Assembly: GCA_025999335.1 (NCBI GenBank)
Contig: AP024681.1
Coordinates: 459,547 to 523,546, forward strand
DNA: 64,000 nucleotides
Origin: Candidatus Parcubacteria bacterium
Lineage (GTDB): Bacteria > Patescibacteriota > Minisyncoccia > UBA6257 > HR35
Direction of reading: 5' to 3'
The position numbers were made by a program, and so were the translations under genes. Below the pieces are notes generated by a model. It was not told the origin of the DNA and made no database searches. It worked only from the letters and a program-made list of their open reading frames with translations. Numbering within the stretch: position 1 is the first letter of the stretch; every line of letters begins with the position of its first letter. Shown here piece after piece: positions 40,635-49,402 of this stretch.

Positions 40635-41417
40635 ATGAAATACCAAAATTTAGAAGATTTTAAAAAAGAGCAGGGTTATTATATTGATAATGTTTGGTAT
40701 CCTCGAGTAACTAAGATATGCGATGTTAAAAATAAACCGGGGTTGTATTATTTCTATGGGCAAGCTTTAAGCTTTCAACATGCTAATTTGCAAAAACAAA
40801 AAGCAGCTGACGAAGGTAAAATTGTTCATGAGTTGATAGAAAGTTTTATTAGCCATCGTTCTGTTATTGTGCCTGAAGAATACCAGGGTATTCATAAAGC
40901 TTTTACTGATTTTTTGCGTAATCACTCGTTTTTTTCTAAAATGGAATGGCTTGAAAAACGAATTAAGCATGATGGTTATCGCTATGCTGGCACTTTTGAT
41001 ATTATCGGTGAATTAGATGGTTATTTTGCTTTAATTGATATTAAAACCTCTTCAGCTGTTTACGATGATTATCGTTTGCAAACTTCTGCTTATTTTTGGG
41101 CTTTAAGAGAAGAGCCTTGGCTTTTGACTGATAATGGGCGTAAAATTGTTTTACCTCGCGAAATCGAAAAAAGATATATTTTAAGAATTAATCAAAAAAG
41201 AATTTGCGAGAAATGTGGAGTGACGATGAAAGTTCGCAAGATAGGCGATAAAATAGAAGGTAATAATAATTGCGAGCATAAATTTGGAGAATTAATAGGC
41301 GAATGGGAATTAAAAGAATTTAATGGTCATGAAGAAGATTTTAAAGGTTTTTTACATTGTAAAGGTTTATGGGAATGGGAATATAGAGATTATTTAAAAG
41401 AAATAGGTTATTTATAA
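40635..41417 (+). CDS. PD-(D/E)xK superfamily nuclease
   Basis: YPRVT, G..VH, E, YAGTFD, IDIKTS, LQ..AY; TGCTATAAT upstream at 40615-40623. Confidence 0.8.
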   Translation: MKYQNLEDFKKEQGYYIDNVWYPRVTKICDVKNKPGLYYFYGQALSFQHANLQKQKAADEGKIVHELIESFISHRSVIVPEEYQGIHKAFTDFLRNHSFFSKMEWLEKRIKHDGYRYAGTFDIIGELDGYFALIDIKTSSAVYDDYRLQTSAYFWALREEPWLLTDNGRKIVLPREIEKRYILRINQKRICEKCGVTMKVRKIGDKIEGNNNCEHKFGELIGEWELKEFNGHEEDFKGFLHCKGLWEWEYRDYLKEIGYL

Positions 41418-41447
41418 AATAATATAATTTAAATTAATTTTATCATT

Positions 41448-42857
41448 ATGCAAAAAATTTGGATTAAAGAGACAAAAAATTTAGTTAACAAGTATGTGAA
41501 TTTATTTGGATTTGTTACTAATATAAGAGATCATGGAAAAATTATTTTTATTGATTTAAAAGATAGAAGTGGAATTATTCAGTGTGTTATTGATCAAAAT
41601 AATAATAAATTTTCGCAATTTAAACTTCTCAAACCTTTTTCAGTTATAAAAGTTTCTGGCTTAATTAAAGATAGACCGGCGCATTTAGCTAATCCTCACT
41701 TAGAAACAGGTAAAATTGAATTAGCCATAGATAATTTTGATATTCTTTCTTTGTCAGAGACATTGCCTTTTGATTTAGATGGCGATGGTTATGATTTAGA
41801 CGAAGCTTTAAGATTGAAATTTCGTTATCTTGATTTAAGAAGAGATCGTTTGCAAAAAAATTTAAGACGTCGCCATGAATTTTTGTTATTTTTGAGAAAT
41901 TTTTTAGATGCTTATGGTTTTATAGAAATTGAAACTCCTATTTTAACTAAATCAACTCCTGAAGGCGCACGTGATTATGTTGTGCCTAGTCGTTTATACC
42001 CAGGTAATTTTTATGCTTTACCGCAATCACCACAGCAATATAAACAATTATTAATGGTTAGCGGCATAGAAAGATATTTTCAGATAGCTCGATGTTTTAG
42101 AGATGAAGACCCTCGTATGGATAGACAACCAGAATTTACGCAATTAGACATTGAGATGAGTTATGTGACTAAAGAGGATATTTTATCATTTATTGAAAAA
42201 ATGTTTGTTGAAGCTATTACTAATTTATATCCCCATAAAAAAATTACTAAAATTCCTTTCCCGCGTTTGACTTACAAAGAAGCAATCGAGATTTATGGTT
42301 CCGACAAGCCTGACTTAAGAATTAATAATAACGATAATGATGAATTAGCTTTTGTTTTTATTGTAGATTTTCCAATGTTTGAATGGGATCAAAAAAATAA
42401 TAAATGGGATGCTATGCATCATCCTTTTACCCAGCCAATATTACCCAATGGCGAATATAACAAAGAAGAAATCCTTAAGTTATTAGATAAGAATCCCGAA
42501 TTATTATTTAGCGAGCAGTATGATTTGGTTTTAAATGGTTTTGAGATAGGCGGAGGAAGCATCCGAACAACTGATAAAGATATATTATTAAAAGTTTTTG
42601 AAGTTTTAGGTTATAATAAAGATGATATTGCTGATAAATTTAAACATTTATTAGAAGCTTTTTCCTTTGGTGTTCCGCCTCATGGTGGCATTGCCCCTGG
42701 CATTGATAGAATTTTAATGATTTTAGAGAATGAAAAAAGCATTCGAGAAGTGATAGCTTTTCCTAAAACAGGCGAAGGTCGAGATTATATGATGGATGCG
42801 CCAAGCGAAATTTCGAAGGAACAATTAGCTGAATTAAAAATACGTATTATTAATTAA
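41448..42857 (+). CDS. aspS: Aspartate--tRNA ligase, short form without GAD insertion
   Basis: RDHG, RYLDLRR, TPEGARDY, LPQSPQ, DRQPEFTQLD, PPHGGIAPGIDR. Confidence 0.96.
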   Translation: MQKIWIKETKNLVNKYVNLFGFVTNIRDHGKIIFIDLKDRSGIIQCVIDQNNNKFSQFKLLKPFSVIKVSGLIKDRPAHLANPHLETGKIELAIDNFDILSLSETLPFDLDGDGYDLDEALRLKFRYLDLRRDRLQKNLRRRHEFLLFLRNFLDAYGFIEIETPILTKSTPEGARDYVVPSRLYPGNFYALPQSPQQYKQLLMVSGIERYFQIARCFRDEDPRMDRQPEFTQLDIEMSYVTKEDILSFIEKMFVEAITNLYPHKKITKIPFPRLTYKEAIEIYGSDKPDLRINNNDNDELAFVFIVDFPMFEWDQKNNKWDAMHHPFTQPILPNGEYNKEEILKLLDKNPELLFSEQYDLVLNGFEIGGGSIRTTDKDILLKVFEVLGYNKDDIADKFKHLLEAFSFGVPPHGGIAPGIDRILMILENEKSIREVIAFPKTGEGRDYMMDAPSEISKEQLAELKIRIIN

Positions 42858-42892
42858 TTTGGTCGTTATTAGGTTAGTTGTAATTTTTAACT

Positions 42893-43405
42893 ATGAATCA
42901 TCACAAAGAATCTAAATATATTATTGGTTCTGTTGTTTTAGGTATTGTTATAGGAATATTTATTTTTGTTAGTGGTCGTTATTTGTCAAATTTTACCGCT
43001 GGTAAGTATGTCGGCGTTTTTTTTAATAACGGCAATGTTTATTTCGGTAAATTATCTGTATTTCCTCAATTAAAATTAAAAAACGCAATTTTTCTTACTC
43101 AAGGAAATAATGGCGGATTGTATGCAAATAAACTATCAGATATACAATGGGCACCTGTTGGCGATATTTATTTTGATAGAAGCGCTGTGGCTTTTATTAT
43201 GCCTTTAAAAGAAAATTCACCATTGATTCAGGTTATTGAAGGTACGCCAGCAAATACTCCGACAACTCAACAAACAACGCCGCTAAATACTCAATCCGTT
43301 AATCAAAATCCAAATAATACCAATACTAACCCGAACGTTCCTGCAAATCAGCAAAATACGCAAACTCAAGGAGGTGCCTCGCCAAATGTTGTGCCTACTG
43401 AATAA
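42893..43405 (+). CDS. Membrane-anchored hypothetical protein with Gln/Asn/Thr-rich tail
   Basis: N-terminal TM, Y.GVFFNNGNVYFGKL motif that I associate with a CPR-common family. Confidence 0.6.
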   Translation: MNHHKESKYIIGSVVLGIVIGIFIFVSGRYLSNFTAGKYVGVFFNNGNVYFGKLSVFPQLKLKNAIFLTQGNNGGLYANKLSDIQWAPVGDIYFDRSAVAFIMPLKENSPLIQVIEGTPANTPTTQQTTPLNTQSVNQNPNNTNTNPNVPANQQNTQTQGGASPNVVPTE

Positions 43406-43591
43406 CAAAAAATATATTTCTGTAAAGTTTATAAAAAATTATAATTATTTTTAGAATTTGAAGATGCTGATATAATCTTTTAGCTATTTATATTGTGATT
43501 TAACTATGTTGATAATTTAACGCAATTGTTAAGATAATTATAATATATTTAAAAGATTGAGAATGATAATTAATTAAAATTTATATAATCG

Positions 43592-43861
43592 ATGTATAAA
43601 AATTTTATCGTGACTATTATTCTAGTAATAATTTTTATATTATTTATTTACTATTTTGTTATTTTGCAGAGAAAATCATTCTTAACACCACAGTTACCAG
43701 TTTTAATCAATGAAGAAGAATTAATAACAATACCGACAACAACGACAGTAACCTCAACGCCATCGTCAGATACTTTATTAAAAACACAGCAACCAACTTC
43801 ATCAGCCTCAGATACAGAGTTATTAAAAATTACATCTACCTATACAACTTCATCTTTTTAG
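43592..43861 (+). CDS. Small membrane-anchored Thr/Ser-rich protein
   Basis: N-terminal TM and low-complexity T/S tail. Confidence 0.5.
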   Translation: MYKNFIVTIILVIIFILFIYYFVILQRKSFLTPQLPVLINEEELITIPTTTTVTSTPSSDTLLKTQQPTSSASDTELLKITSTYTTSSF

Positions 43862-44040
43862 GTAATTTAATCTTTTGTAAAAATGAATTTAAGAAAAAAC
43901 AAAATGTATTAAATTACATAAGTACTTTTTTATATAATTTTTACAATTCAACTGGTATTATCATTTTAAAATATCCACATTTTTATTTAAATTTGATATC
44001 TAAATTTGTTATAATAAATTTTGATTAGACATTAGAAATA

Positions 44041-45735
44041 ATGGTTTTAAAAGATTTTGCATCTTTTAATTTTTTTATTGTTTTGCTAATTGCTTTGCTT
44101 TTTATGTTACCTTCATTTCTTTATTCTCAATCATTGCAACATCAAGGTAAAATAGGTTCTTATCCTATTGTTATTGAAGCTTTTAATCTTTTAGATGATA
44201 ATCAAACAATAGAAGGAAGATACAGGTATCAGAATAAAGATGTGTGGTTAATCTTAAAAGGAAAGATTGACTTAAAAAATAATTCTGTGTCTATAGATGA
44301 ATACGATGAAAATAATGTTAAAACTGGAGTTTTTAGTGGAACATATTTTAAGAAATCAAAAACAATAAAACTAACTAAATGGACTTCAGCTAAGAAAAAA
44401 ACATCATTAAAAGTATATTTACCTTCTATAAAATTATTAACCACTAAGAAAACAATTTCAACAACAAGATTACAATCAGAAAAAATTTATACCATACCTC
44501 AAGGATATGAAATTGCAGGAACAGTATTTTCAAAAGATTCAACCCGATATGCAATTTTACTAAAAACTCCAGAAGGAAAATATACAGTTGTTTTAGATGG
44601 AAAAGAAGGGAAGAAGTATGATCGTATTGAAAATCTCACTTTCTCTCCCGACAGTCAACATCTCGCTTATGTAGCTGGGGAAGATTGTAAAGATAATAAA
44701 ATATGCTCAAAACATTTCGTAGTATTAGATGGAAAAGAAGGGAAGAAGTATGAGTATATTGATAGTCTTACCTTTTCTCCTAAAGGTCAACGTTTTGCTT
44801 ATGTAGCTACGGAAGAAGATAAATATACAGTTGTTTTAGATGGAAAAGAAGGAAAATGGTATGATAATATTTATACTCTAACTTTCTCTTCTGATAGCAA
44901 GCGTTTCGCTTATGTAGCTAACGAAAAAGGAAAAAGACAATATACAGTTGTTATAGATGGAAAAGAAGAAAAAAGACATGGTTATGTTTCTGATTTCTCT
45001 TTTTCTCCTGATAGTAAACATTTTGTTTATGTAGCTGGAGAAGATTGTGAAATTATTACCTGCTCAAAATATTTCGTAGTTATAGATGGAAAAGAAGGGA
45101 AGAAGTATGATGACGTTGACCCTTTTGATTTCACTCTCTCTCCTGATGGTCAACATTTTGCTTATCTAACTACTAGAGAAGAAGATAAATATACAGTTGT
45201 CTTAGATGGAAAAAGGGGGAAGAAATATGATTATATTGAAAGATACGGCTTTTCTTTCTCTCCCGATAGTCGACATTTTGCTTATATCGTTGGAGAAGAT
45301 TGTAAAAAATATGAAAAAAATAGGTGTTTAAAATATTTCGTGGTTTTAGATGGAAAAGAAAGGGAGAGGTATGATTATATTGATAAAAATAATCTCATTT
45401 TCTCTCCCGACAGTCAACATCTCGCTTATGTAGCCGGAGGAGATTGTAAAGATAAAATATGCTCAAAATATTTAGTAGTTTTAGACGGAAAAGAAGGAAA
45501 GAAGTATGAGCGTGTTTATAATCTAACTTTTTCTCCTAACAGTCAACATTTTGCTTATGTAGTTGGAGAAAATTGCAAATATGATATATGCTTAAAATAC
45601 TTCGTGGTGTTAGATGACAAAGAAAGTGAAAGATATGATAAAATATATCAGTTTAATTTTCTTGAAAATAATAAAAACTTAATTTACTTTGTTTTAAAGA
45701 ATAATGAGATTTGGAGAATTGTTGAAGAGTTGTGA
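44041..45735 (+). CDS. Secreted WD40/PD40-like beta-propeller repeat protein
   Basis: Signal peptide, small N-terminal beta domain, nine VV(L/I)DGK...FSPD..H.AY units. Confidence 0.8.
   Translation: MVLKDFASFNFFIVLLIALLFMLPSFLYSQSLQHQGKIGSYPIVIEAFNLLDDNQTIEGRYRYQNKDVWLILKGKIDLKNNSVSIDEYDENNVKTGVFSGTYFKKSKTIKLTKWTSAKKKTSLKVYLPSIKLLTTKKTISTTRLQSEKIYTIPQGYEIAGTVFSKDSTRYAILLKTPEGKYTVVLDGKEGKKYDRIENLTFSPDSQHLAYVAGEDCKDNKICSKHFVVLDGKEGKKYEYIDSLTFSPKGQRFAYVATEEDKYTVVLDGKEGKWYDNIYTLTFSSDSKRFAYVANEKGKRQYTVVIDGKEEKRHGYVSDFSFSPDSKHFVYVAGEDCEIITCSKYFVVIDGKEGKKYDDVDPFDFTLSPDGQHFAYLTTREEDKYTVVLDGKRGKKYDYIERYGFSFSPDSRHFAYIVGEDCKKYEKNRCLKYFVVLDGKERERYDYIDKNNLIFSPDSQHLAYVAGGDCKDKICSKYLVVLDGKEGKKYERVYNLTFSPNSQHFAYVVGENCKYDICLKYFVVLDDKESERYDKIYQFNFLENNKNLIYFVLKNNEIWRIVEEL
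44575..45640 (+). repeat. Intragenic tandem repeats of ~110-145 bp
   Basis: Recurrent TAGATGGAAAAGAAGGGAAGAAGTATG and TCTCCCGACAGTCAACATCTCGCTTATGTAGC-like blocks, all in frame. Confidence 0.85.
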
Positions 45736-45830
45736 AAATTTTGTATTGCAAAATGAATGATTATTAAAAGTTAATTATCTCTTTTATCCACTTAATGATT
45801 ATGTGTATTAAATAAATTTTATTTTTTTTG

Positions 45831-45839
45831 TGATATAAT
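45831..45839 (+). promoter_or_regulatory. Extended -10 promoter (TGATATAAT) of the leader/ribA operon
   Basis: Perfect TGn-TATAAT ending 11 nt before the leader ATG. Confidence 0.6.
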
Positions 45840-45850
45840 ATTAATTAAAG

Positions 45851-45931
45851 ATGACATTACTTGCGAAACATAATTACAGTTTAGGTTTGTCAATTATTTT
45901 GCGCCGAGGTTTTCCGGCTGAGGTGATTTGA
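45851..45931 (+). CDS. Putative attenuator leader peptide, 26 aa (MTLLAKHNYSLGLSIILRRGFPAEVI)
   Basis: Manual translation ATG 45851 to TGA 45931; its 3' end overlaps the antiterminator arm. Confidence 0.6.
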   Translation: MTLLAKHNYSLGLSIILRRGFPAEVI

Positions 45932-45980
45932 TTTACAGAAAGTATATATCACTTCAGCCGGGGCAACCCGGCTTTTTTTG
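45903..45980 (+). promoter_or_regulatory. Transcription attenuator with alternative antiterminator and terminator hairpins
   Basis: CCGGCTGAGGTGAT (45914-45927) pairs with ATCACTTCAGCCGG (45948-45961), which overlaps the terminator 5' arm. Confidence 0.75.
45956..45979 (+). terminator. Intrinsic terminator upstream of ribA
   Basis: AGCCGGG-GCAA-CCCGGCT followed by a T run; GNRA tetraloop. Confidence 0.85.
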
Positions 45981-46012
45981 TTTTGATTTACTTTTAATAA
46001 ATATTTCAAAAA

Positions 46013-46630
46013 ATGACCTTGAAGCCAGTAATTACAAAAATACCAACTGATTACGGTAATTTTTGGTTTTTTGGTTTTAAAATTGACAATCAAGAGGTTT
46101 TAGTAATTGCCACCAAAAAGAATCCTAAAAATGGGGCTAATATAAGGTTGCATTCAAGTTGTTTTACAAGTGAAATTTTCGGTTCCTTAAAATGCGATTG
46201 CGCTGACCAATTAAAAGAATTTATGATTTTAATGAACAAGAATAGACGCGATGACTATTTATTAATTTATTTCTTAAATCATGAAGGTAGGGGCATAGGT
46301 TTGTTTAATAAATTGAGAGCCTATGAAGCGCAGCGAAAATTTAATTTAGATACTTATCAAGCGAATGAATATCTTGGCTTACCACACGATATGAGAGATT
46401 ATAGTCCAGTAATTGAAATTTTACGATATTTTAATCTAACAAAAGTTAATCTTTTTTCTAATAATCTTACAAAATTAGAGTTTCTTAAAAAAAATGGAAT
46501 CATTGTAAATATTAAGAATTTTTTTGTTAAACCAAAATCACAATATGCTTTTCAATATTTACTTGCAAAAGCAAAAAAGGGTAGTTATATTATAAAAAAC
46601 ATTAATTTAAAATATTCAAGGTTAAATTAG
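46013..46630 (+). CDS. ribA: GTP cyclohydrolase II
   Basis: RLHSSC...CDC zinc ligands, EGRGIGL.NK..AY, DTYQAN, RDY, NN. Confidence 0.9.
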   Translation: MTLKPVITKIPTDYGNFWFFGFKIDNQEVLVIATKKNPKNGANIRLHSSCFTSEIFGSLKCDCADQLKEFMILMNKNRRDDYLLIYFLNHEGRGIGLFNKLRAYEAQRKFNLDTYQANEYLGLPHDMRDYSPVIEILRYFNLTKVNLFSNNLTKLEFLKKNGIIVNIKNFFVKPKSQYAFQYLLAKAKKGSYIIKNINLKYSRLN

Positions 46631-46637
46631 GCAAATT

Positions 46638-47627
46638 ATGCCAATCAAAAAGCAGACAACAAAAACTTTTTTATTCGATCTTCATCTAGATTTAGAAGTT
46701 TATTTGAATAAAAATTTAAGAAAAATTTTAGGAATGAATTTTTACAAATTAGATCGACTTTATGTCGAACGGCATTTTGATTTAGTTCAAGCGAGAAAAG
46801 TTGGCTTAAAATATTTTGTAACCCAAGTTCAAGCAGTAAAATACAATTCTAAAGAAAAAATAATTTTTTCTCTTAATGATTTTGATGAATTTATTGCAAA
46901 TTATGAAAATTTTTTGAAACAAATTAAAAAATATCCCCAGCTTAAAATTATAAAAAGTTTAACTGATTTCAATTCTTTGTCTGAAGATCAAATAGGGGTA
47001 TTTTTAGGCGTTGAGGGTTTGAATTTTATAAATAAAATTGACGAAGTAGAATTATTGATTGACTTAGGCTTTAGAGTCTTTGGTTTAACATGGAATTTTG
47101 ACAATAAAATTGCCGGTGGTCTCAATAGTCATAAGCCATTAACAAAATTTGGCAAAAAAGTTGTTGAACTTTTAGTCGCTAGGGGGTGCATCATCGATTG
47201 TGCTCATTTAAATCATATTTCTGCTTTGGAGGTAATTGATTTAGCGCCTTCTAATTTTATTTTCTCTCATAATAATCTAAATAGCGTTGTCGCTTTTAAG
47301 CAAAACCTAAGCTCAGAAATACTATCTAAAATAAAAACAAAAGAGACATTGATAGGTTTAACTTTTCTTCCTTCATCCTTGACTACTTCTGGTCAACAAC
47401 CTACTTTTAAACATTGGTTTCAGCATTATAAGGAACTAAAAAAAATTAATCCTCAATTTTTAGCTATTGGTACTGACTATTTCGGTTTTGCTTTTAAAGA
47501 TACAGCTTTAGGAGCAAAGAATTATATTGAATTTAATAATAGTTTAATGAAATTTAAAATAAGTAAAGCAAAAATATTTTTTAATACTTTTAACTACTTT
47601 TATAATAAAATTAAGATATGGCAATAG
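46638..47627 (+). CDS. Membrane dipeptidase (M19)-like amidohydrolase
   Basis: DLHLD, GVEG, LTWN, DCAH, SH, IGTDY.G. Confidence 0.8.
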   Translation: MPIKKQTTKTFLFDLHLDLEVYLNKNLRKILGMNFYKLDRLYVERHFDLVQARKVGLKYFVTQVQAVKYNSKEKIIFSLNDFDEFIANYENFLKQIKKYPQLKIIKSLTDFNSLSEDQIGVFLGVEGLNFINKIDEVELLIDLGFRVFGLTWNFDNKIAGGLNSHKPLTKFGKKVVELLVARGCIIDCAHLNHISALEVIDLAPSNFIFSHNNLNSVVAFKQNLSSEILSKIKTKETLIGLTFLPSSLTTSGQQPTFKHWFQHYKELKKINPQFLAIGTDYFGFAFKDTALGAKNYIEFNNSLMKFKISKAKIFFNTFNYFYNKIKIWQ

Positions 47628-49402
47628 AAAATTTTGATTCTTTGCGTGCTAACTATTTAAAAGATAATTTGCGTTATAAAAATTATTTAGAGTTTTTAAA
47701 AGAAAGAAGAGAACAGTCAAAGGCAGATTTAGAAAATTTGGCGCAAAATTTTAATATTCCCTTAGAAAAATTACAACAAATACGCACTGATATTAGAAAG
47801 CAGTTATTAAGTACAGAGGATAAAGATTATGCTGCTATTACAACAACATTTCATCTTTTGCCTTGGGAGTTGGAATATTATCTTTTGGCTAAAAAAAGAA
47901 TAAATTTATTAGATTATAAACCTACTCATATTTTTGATATTCCTATTGGTTATATGCAGTCCAAAGATGAAAAACCTCATCAGCTTACAATTGGCGATCG
48001 TTCTTTTAATTACTTAGAATTGATTTTTAATGTTAAAAAAGTTCCTAAAACTTCATATGAATTTTATTTATTGTTAAAAGAAGAATTTAAGAAATTTTTA
48101 GATTTAGAAGAAGTTGATTTTTCTAATTTAAAAGAGATAGTTGACGGATTATTTGCAAATCAACAATTTATTAATTCAAAAATTAAACCTATTTGCAATC
48201 ACTTAAAATCAAAGAATTTACTGAGATTAAATAAACAAGAATTACGAATCAGAGATAATGCTATAGACAAGTTATACGAAGATATTGTTAAAGAGATTAT
48301 ATATTTAATAGTTGACTTTTTAGTTTTTTTTGAAAATGATATTAAGATTAACGAAAAGCGAGAGAAGTTTTTAAAAACAGTTAAATATCTTTTTTCTCAA
48401 GAAGATTTACGTCCAATTTTTAATGCTTTGGGTTTATCATTAAATGTTAATATTGATGATTTTTTAGCTTTTAACGATTATGGGAAAATAATTTTTCTTA
48501 TAGTTATTTTAGGAGGTTTTGATCATATAGGCGCTGAATGGCCCGAAAAAGATAAATTAGGCAAATATAATTTAATAAGAAAATCATTAGGATTAAATTT
48601 AATTACCGAAGTGCCGCCAAATACGTTTGCAGAAAGATTTTTGCTATTTTCTGAATCATCTTTGTCTTCAGAAGCTAATTTTAAGCTTGTAGATTCGTTA
48701 ACCTTGCGTTTGCTTTTTTCTGAGGCGATGCCATCAATTACTTATCTAGCATCTTTTCAGGGTCCTTTTACTGGCACTTTTTCGCCTCTTGCTAAAGAGC
48801 ATCGAGATATTATACGTATTATTGATTTTGTTAGTACTTATAAATTATTTTTACAAGAAATAAAAAATGGAGATATTAAATTTAGCAATAAAATGTTGAT
48901 TGATATTATTAAAAAATATTATGAGACTGTTTTTAAAGGTGGCATTAAGGAAATGTTAAAGAATAAAATTGAAGAGTTTGAAAAAAATTATTTGACAGAT
49001 AATAATTTAGAATATGACTTATTTTTTAGCATAGAACAATTTAATAAATTTTTAAATGAATCAGGCATTAAAGATTACTCTATTAATTTACCTCTTTTAA
49101 TGAGTATCATTTTAGAAAATGAGATTTTTAACGCTTATTTTAAAACTGATATTCAGCGATTAGTTTCTAAAGAAGGCGGAGAACTATTAAATAAATTTTT
49201 AGCTACTGGGAGAAAAATAAAACGTTTAGAAAATTTTTTTGAGCATTTAAATGATAAACAGTTAGTTGGTAATCAAGACGAAAACACAACAATGATGTTT
49301 GGAGGAATCTCTTTGCCGTTTAATTTGCAAACTATTGATAGTGATTTTATAGGTTTAGTTATGCATTTTCGTAGAAAATTAATGTTTGAATCAAGGTTGT
49401 AA
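47618..49402 (+). CDS. Hypothetical protein, predicted largely alpha-helical
   Basis: 594-codon ORF overlapping both neighbours; no motif recognised. Confidence 0.7.
   Translation: MAIENFDSLRANYLKDNLRYKNYLEFLKERREQSKADLENLAQNFNIPLEKLQQIRTDIRKQLLSTEDKDYAAITTTFHLLPWELEYYLLAKKRINLLDYKPTHIFDIPIGYMQSKDEKPHQLTIGDRSFNYLELIFNVKKVPKTSYEFYLLLKEEFKKFLDLEEVDFSNLKEIVDGLFANQQFINSKIKPICNHLKSKNLLRLNKQELRIRDNAIDKLYEDIVKEIIYLIVDFLVFFENDIKINEKREKFLKTVKYLFSQEDLRPIFNALGLSLNVNIDDFLAFNDYGKIIFLIVILGGFDHIGAEWPEKDKLGKYNLIRKSLGLNLITEVPPNTFAERFLLFSESSLSSEANFKLVDSLTLRLLFSEAMPSITYLASFQGPFTGTFSPLAKEHRDIIRIIDFVSTYKLFLQEIKNGDIKFSNKMLIDIIKKYYETVFKGGIKEMLKNKIEEFEKNYLTDNNLEYDLFFSIEQFNKFLNESGIKDYSINLPLLMSIILENEIFNAYFKTDIQRLVSKEGGELLNKFLATGRKIKRLENFFEHLNDKQLVGNQDENTTMMFGGISLPFNLQTIDSDFIGLVMHFRRKLMFESRL

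Noticed and set aside
40635-41417. Cas4 / CRISPR locus
   Set aside because: No array or other cas genes, and the cysteine spacing differs from the Cas4 C-terminal CxxC-x5-C
44575-45640. CRISPR array or diversity-generating retroelement
   Set aside because: Repeats are degenerate, in frame and protein-coding; no cas or reverse transcriptase gene in the window
45845-45985. FMN riboswitch upstream of ribA
   Set aside because: None of the conserved RFN segments (e.g. AGGGCGGGGTGAAATTCCC...GGT) are visible; the structure is better explained by a uORF plus attenuator
45890-46093. 67-aa minus-strand ORF
   Set aside because: Antisense to the attenuator and the ribA start, with no motif
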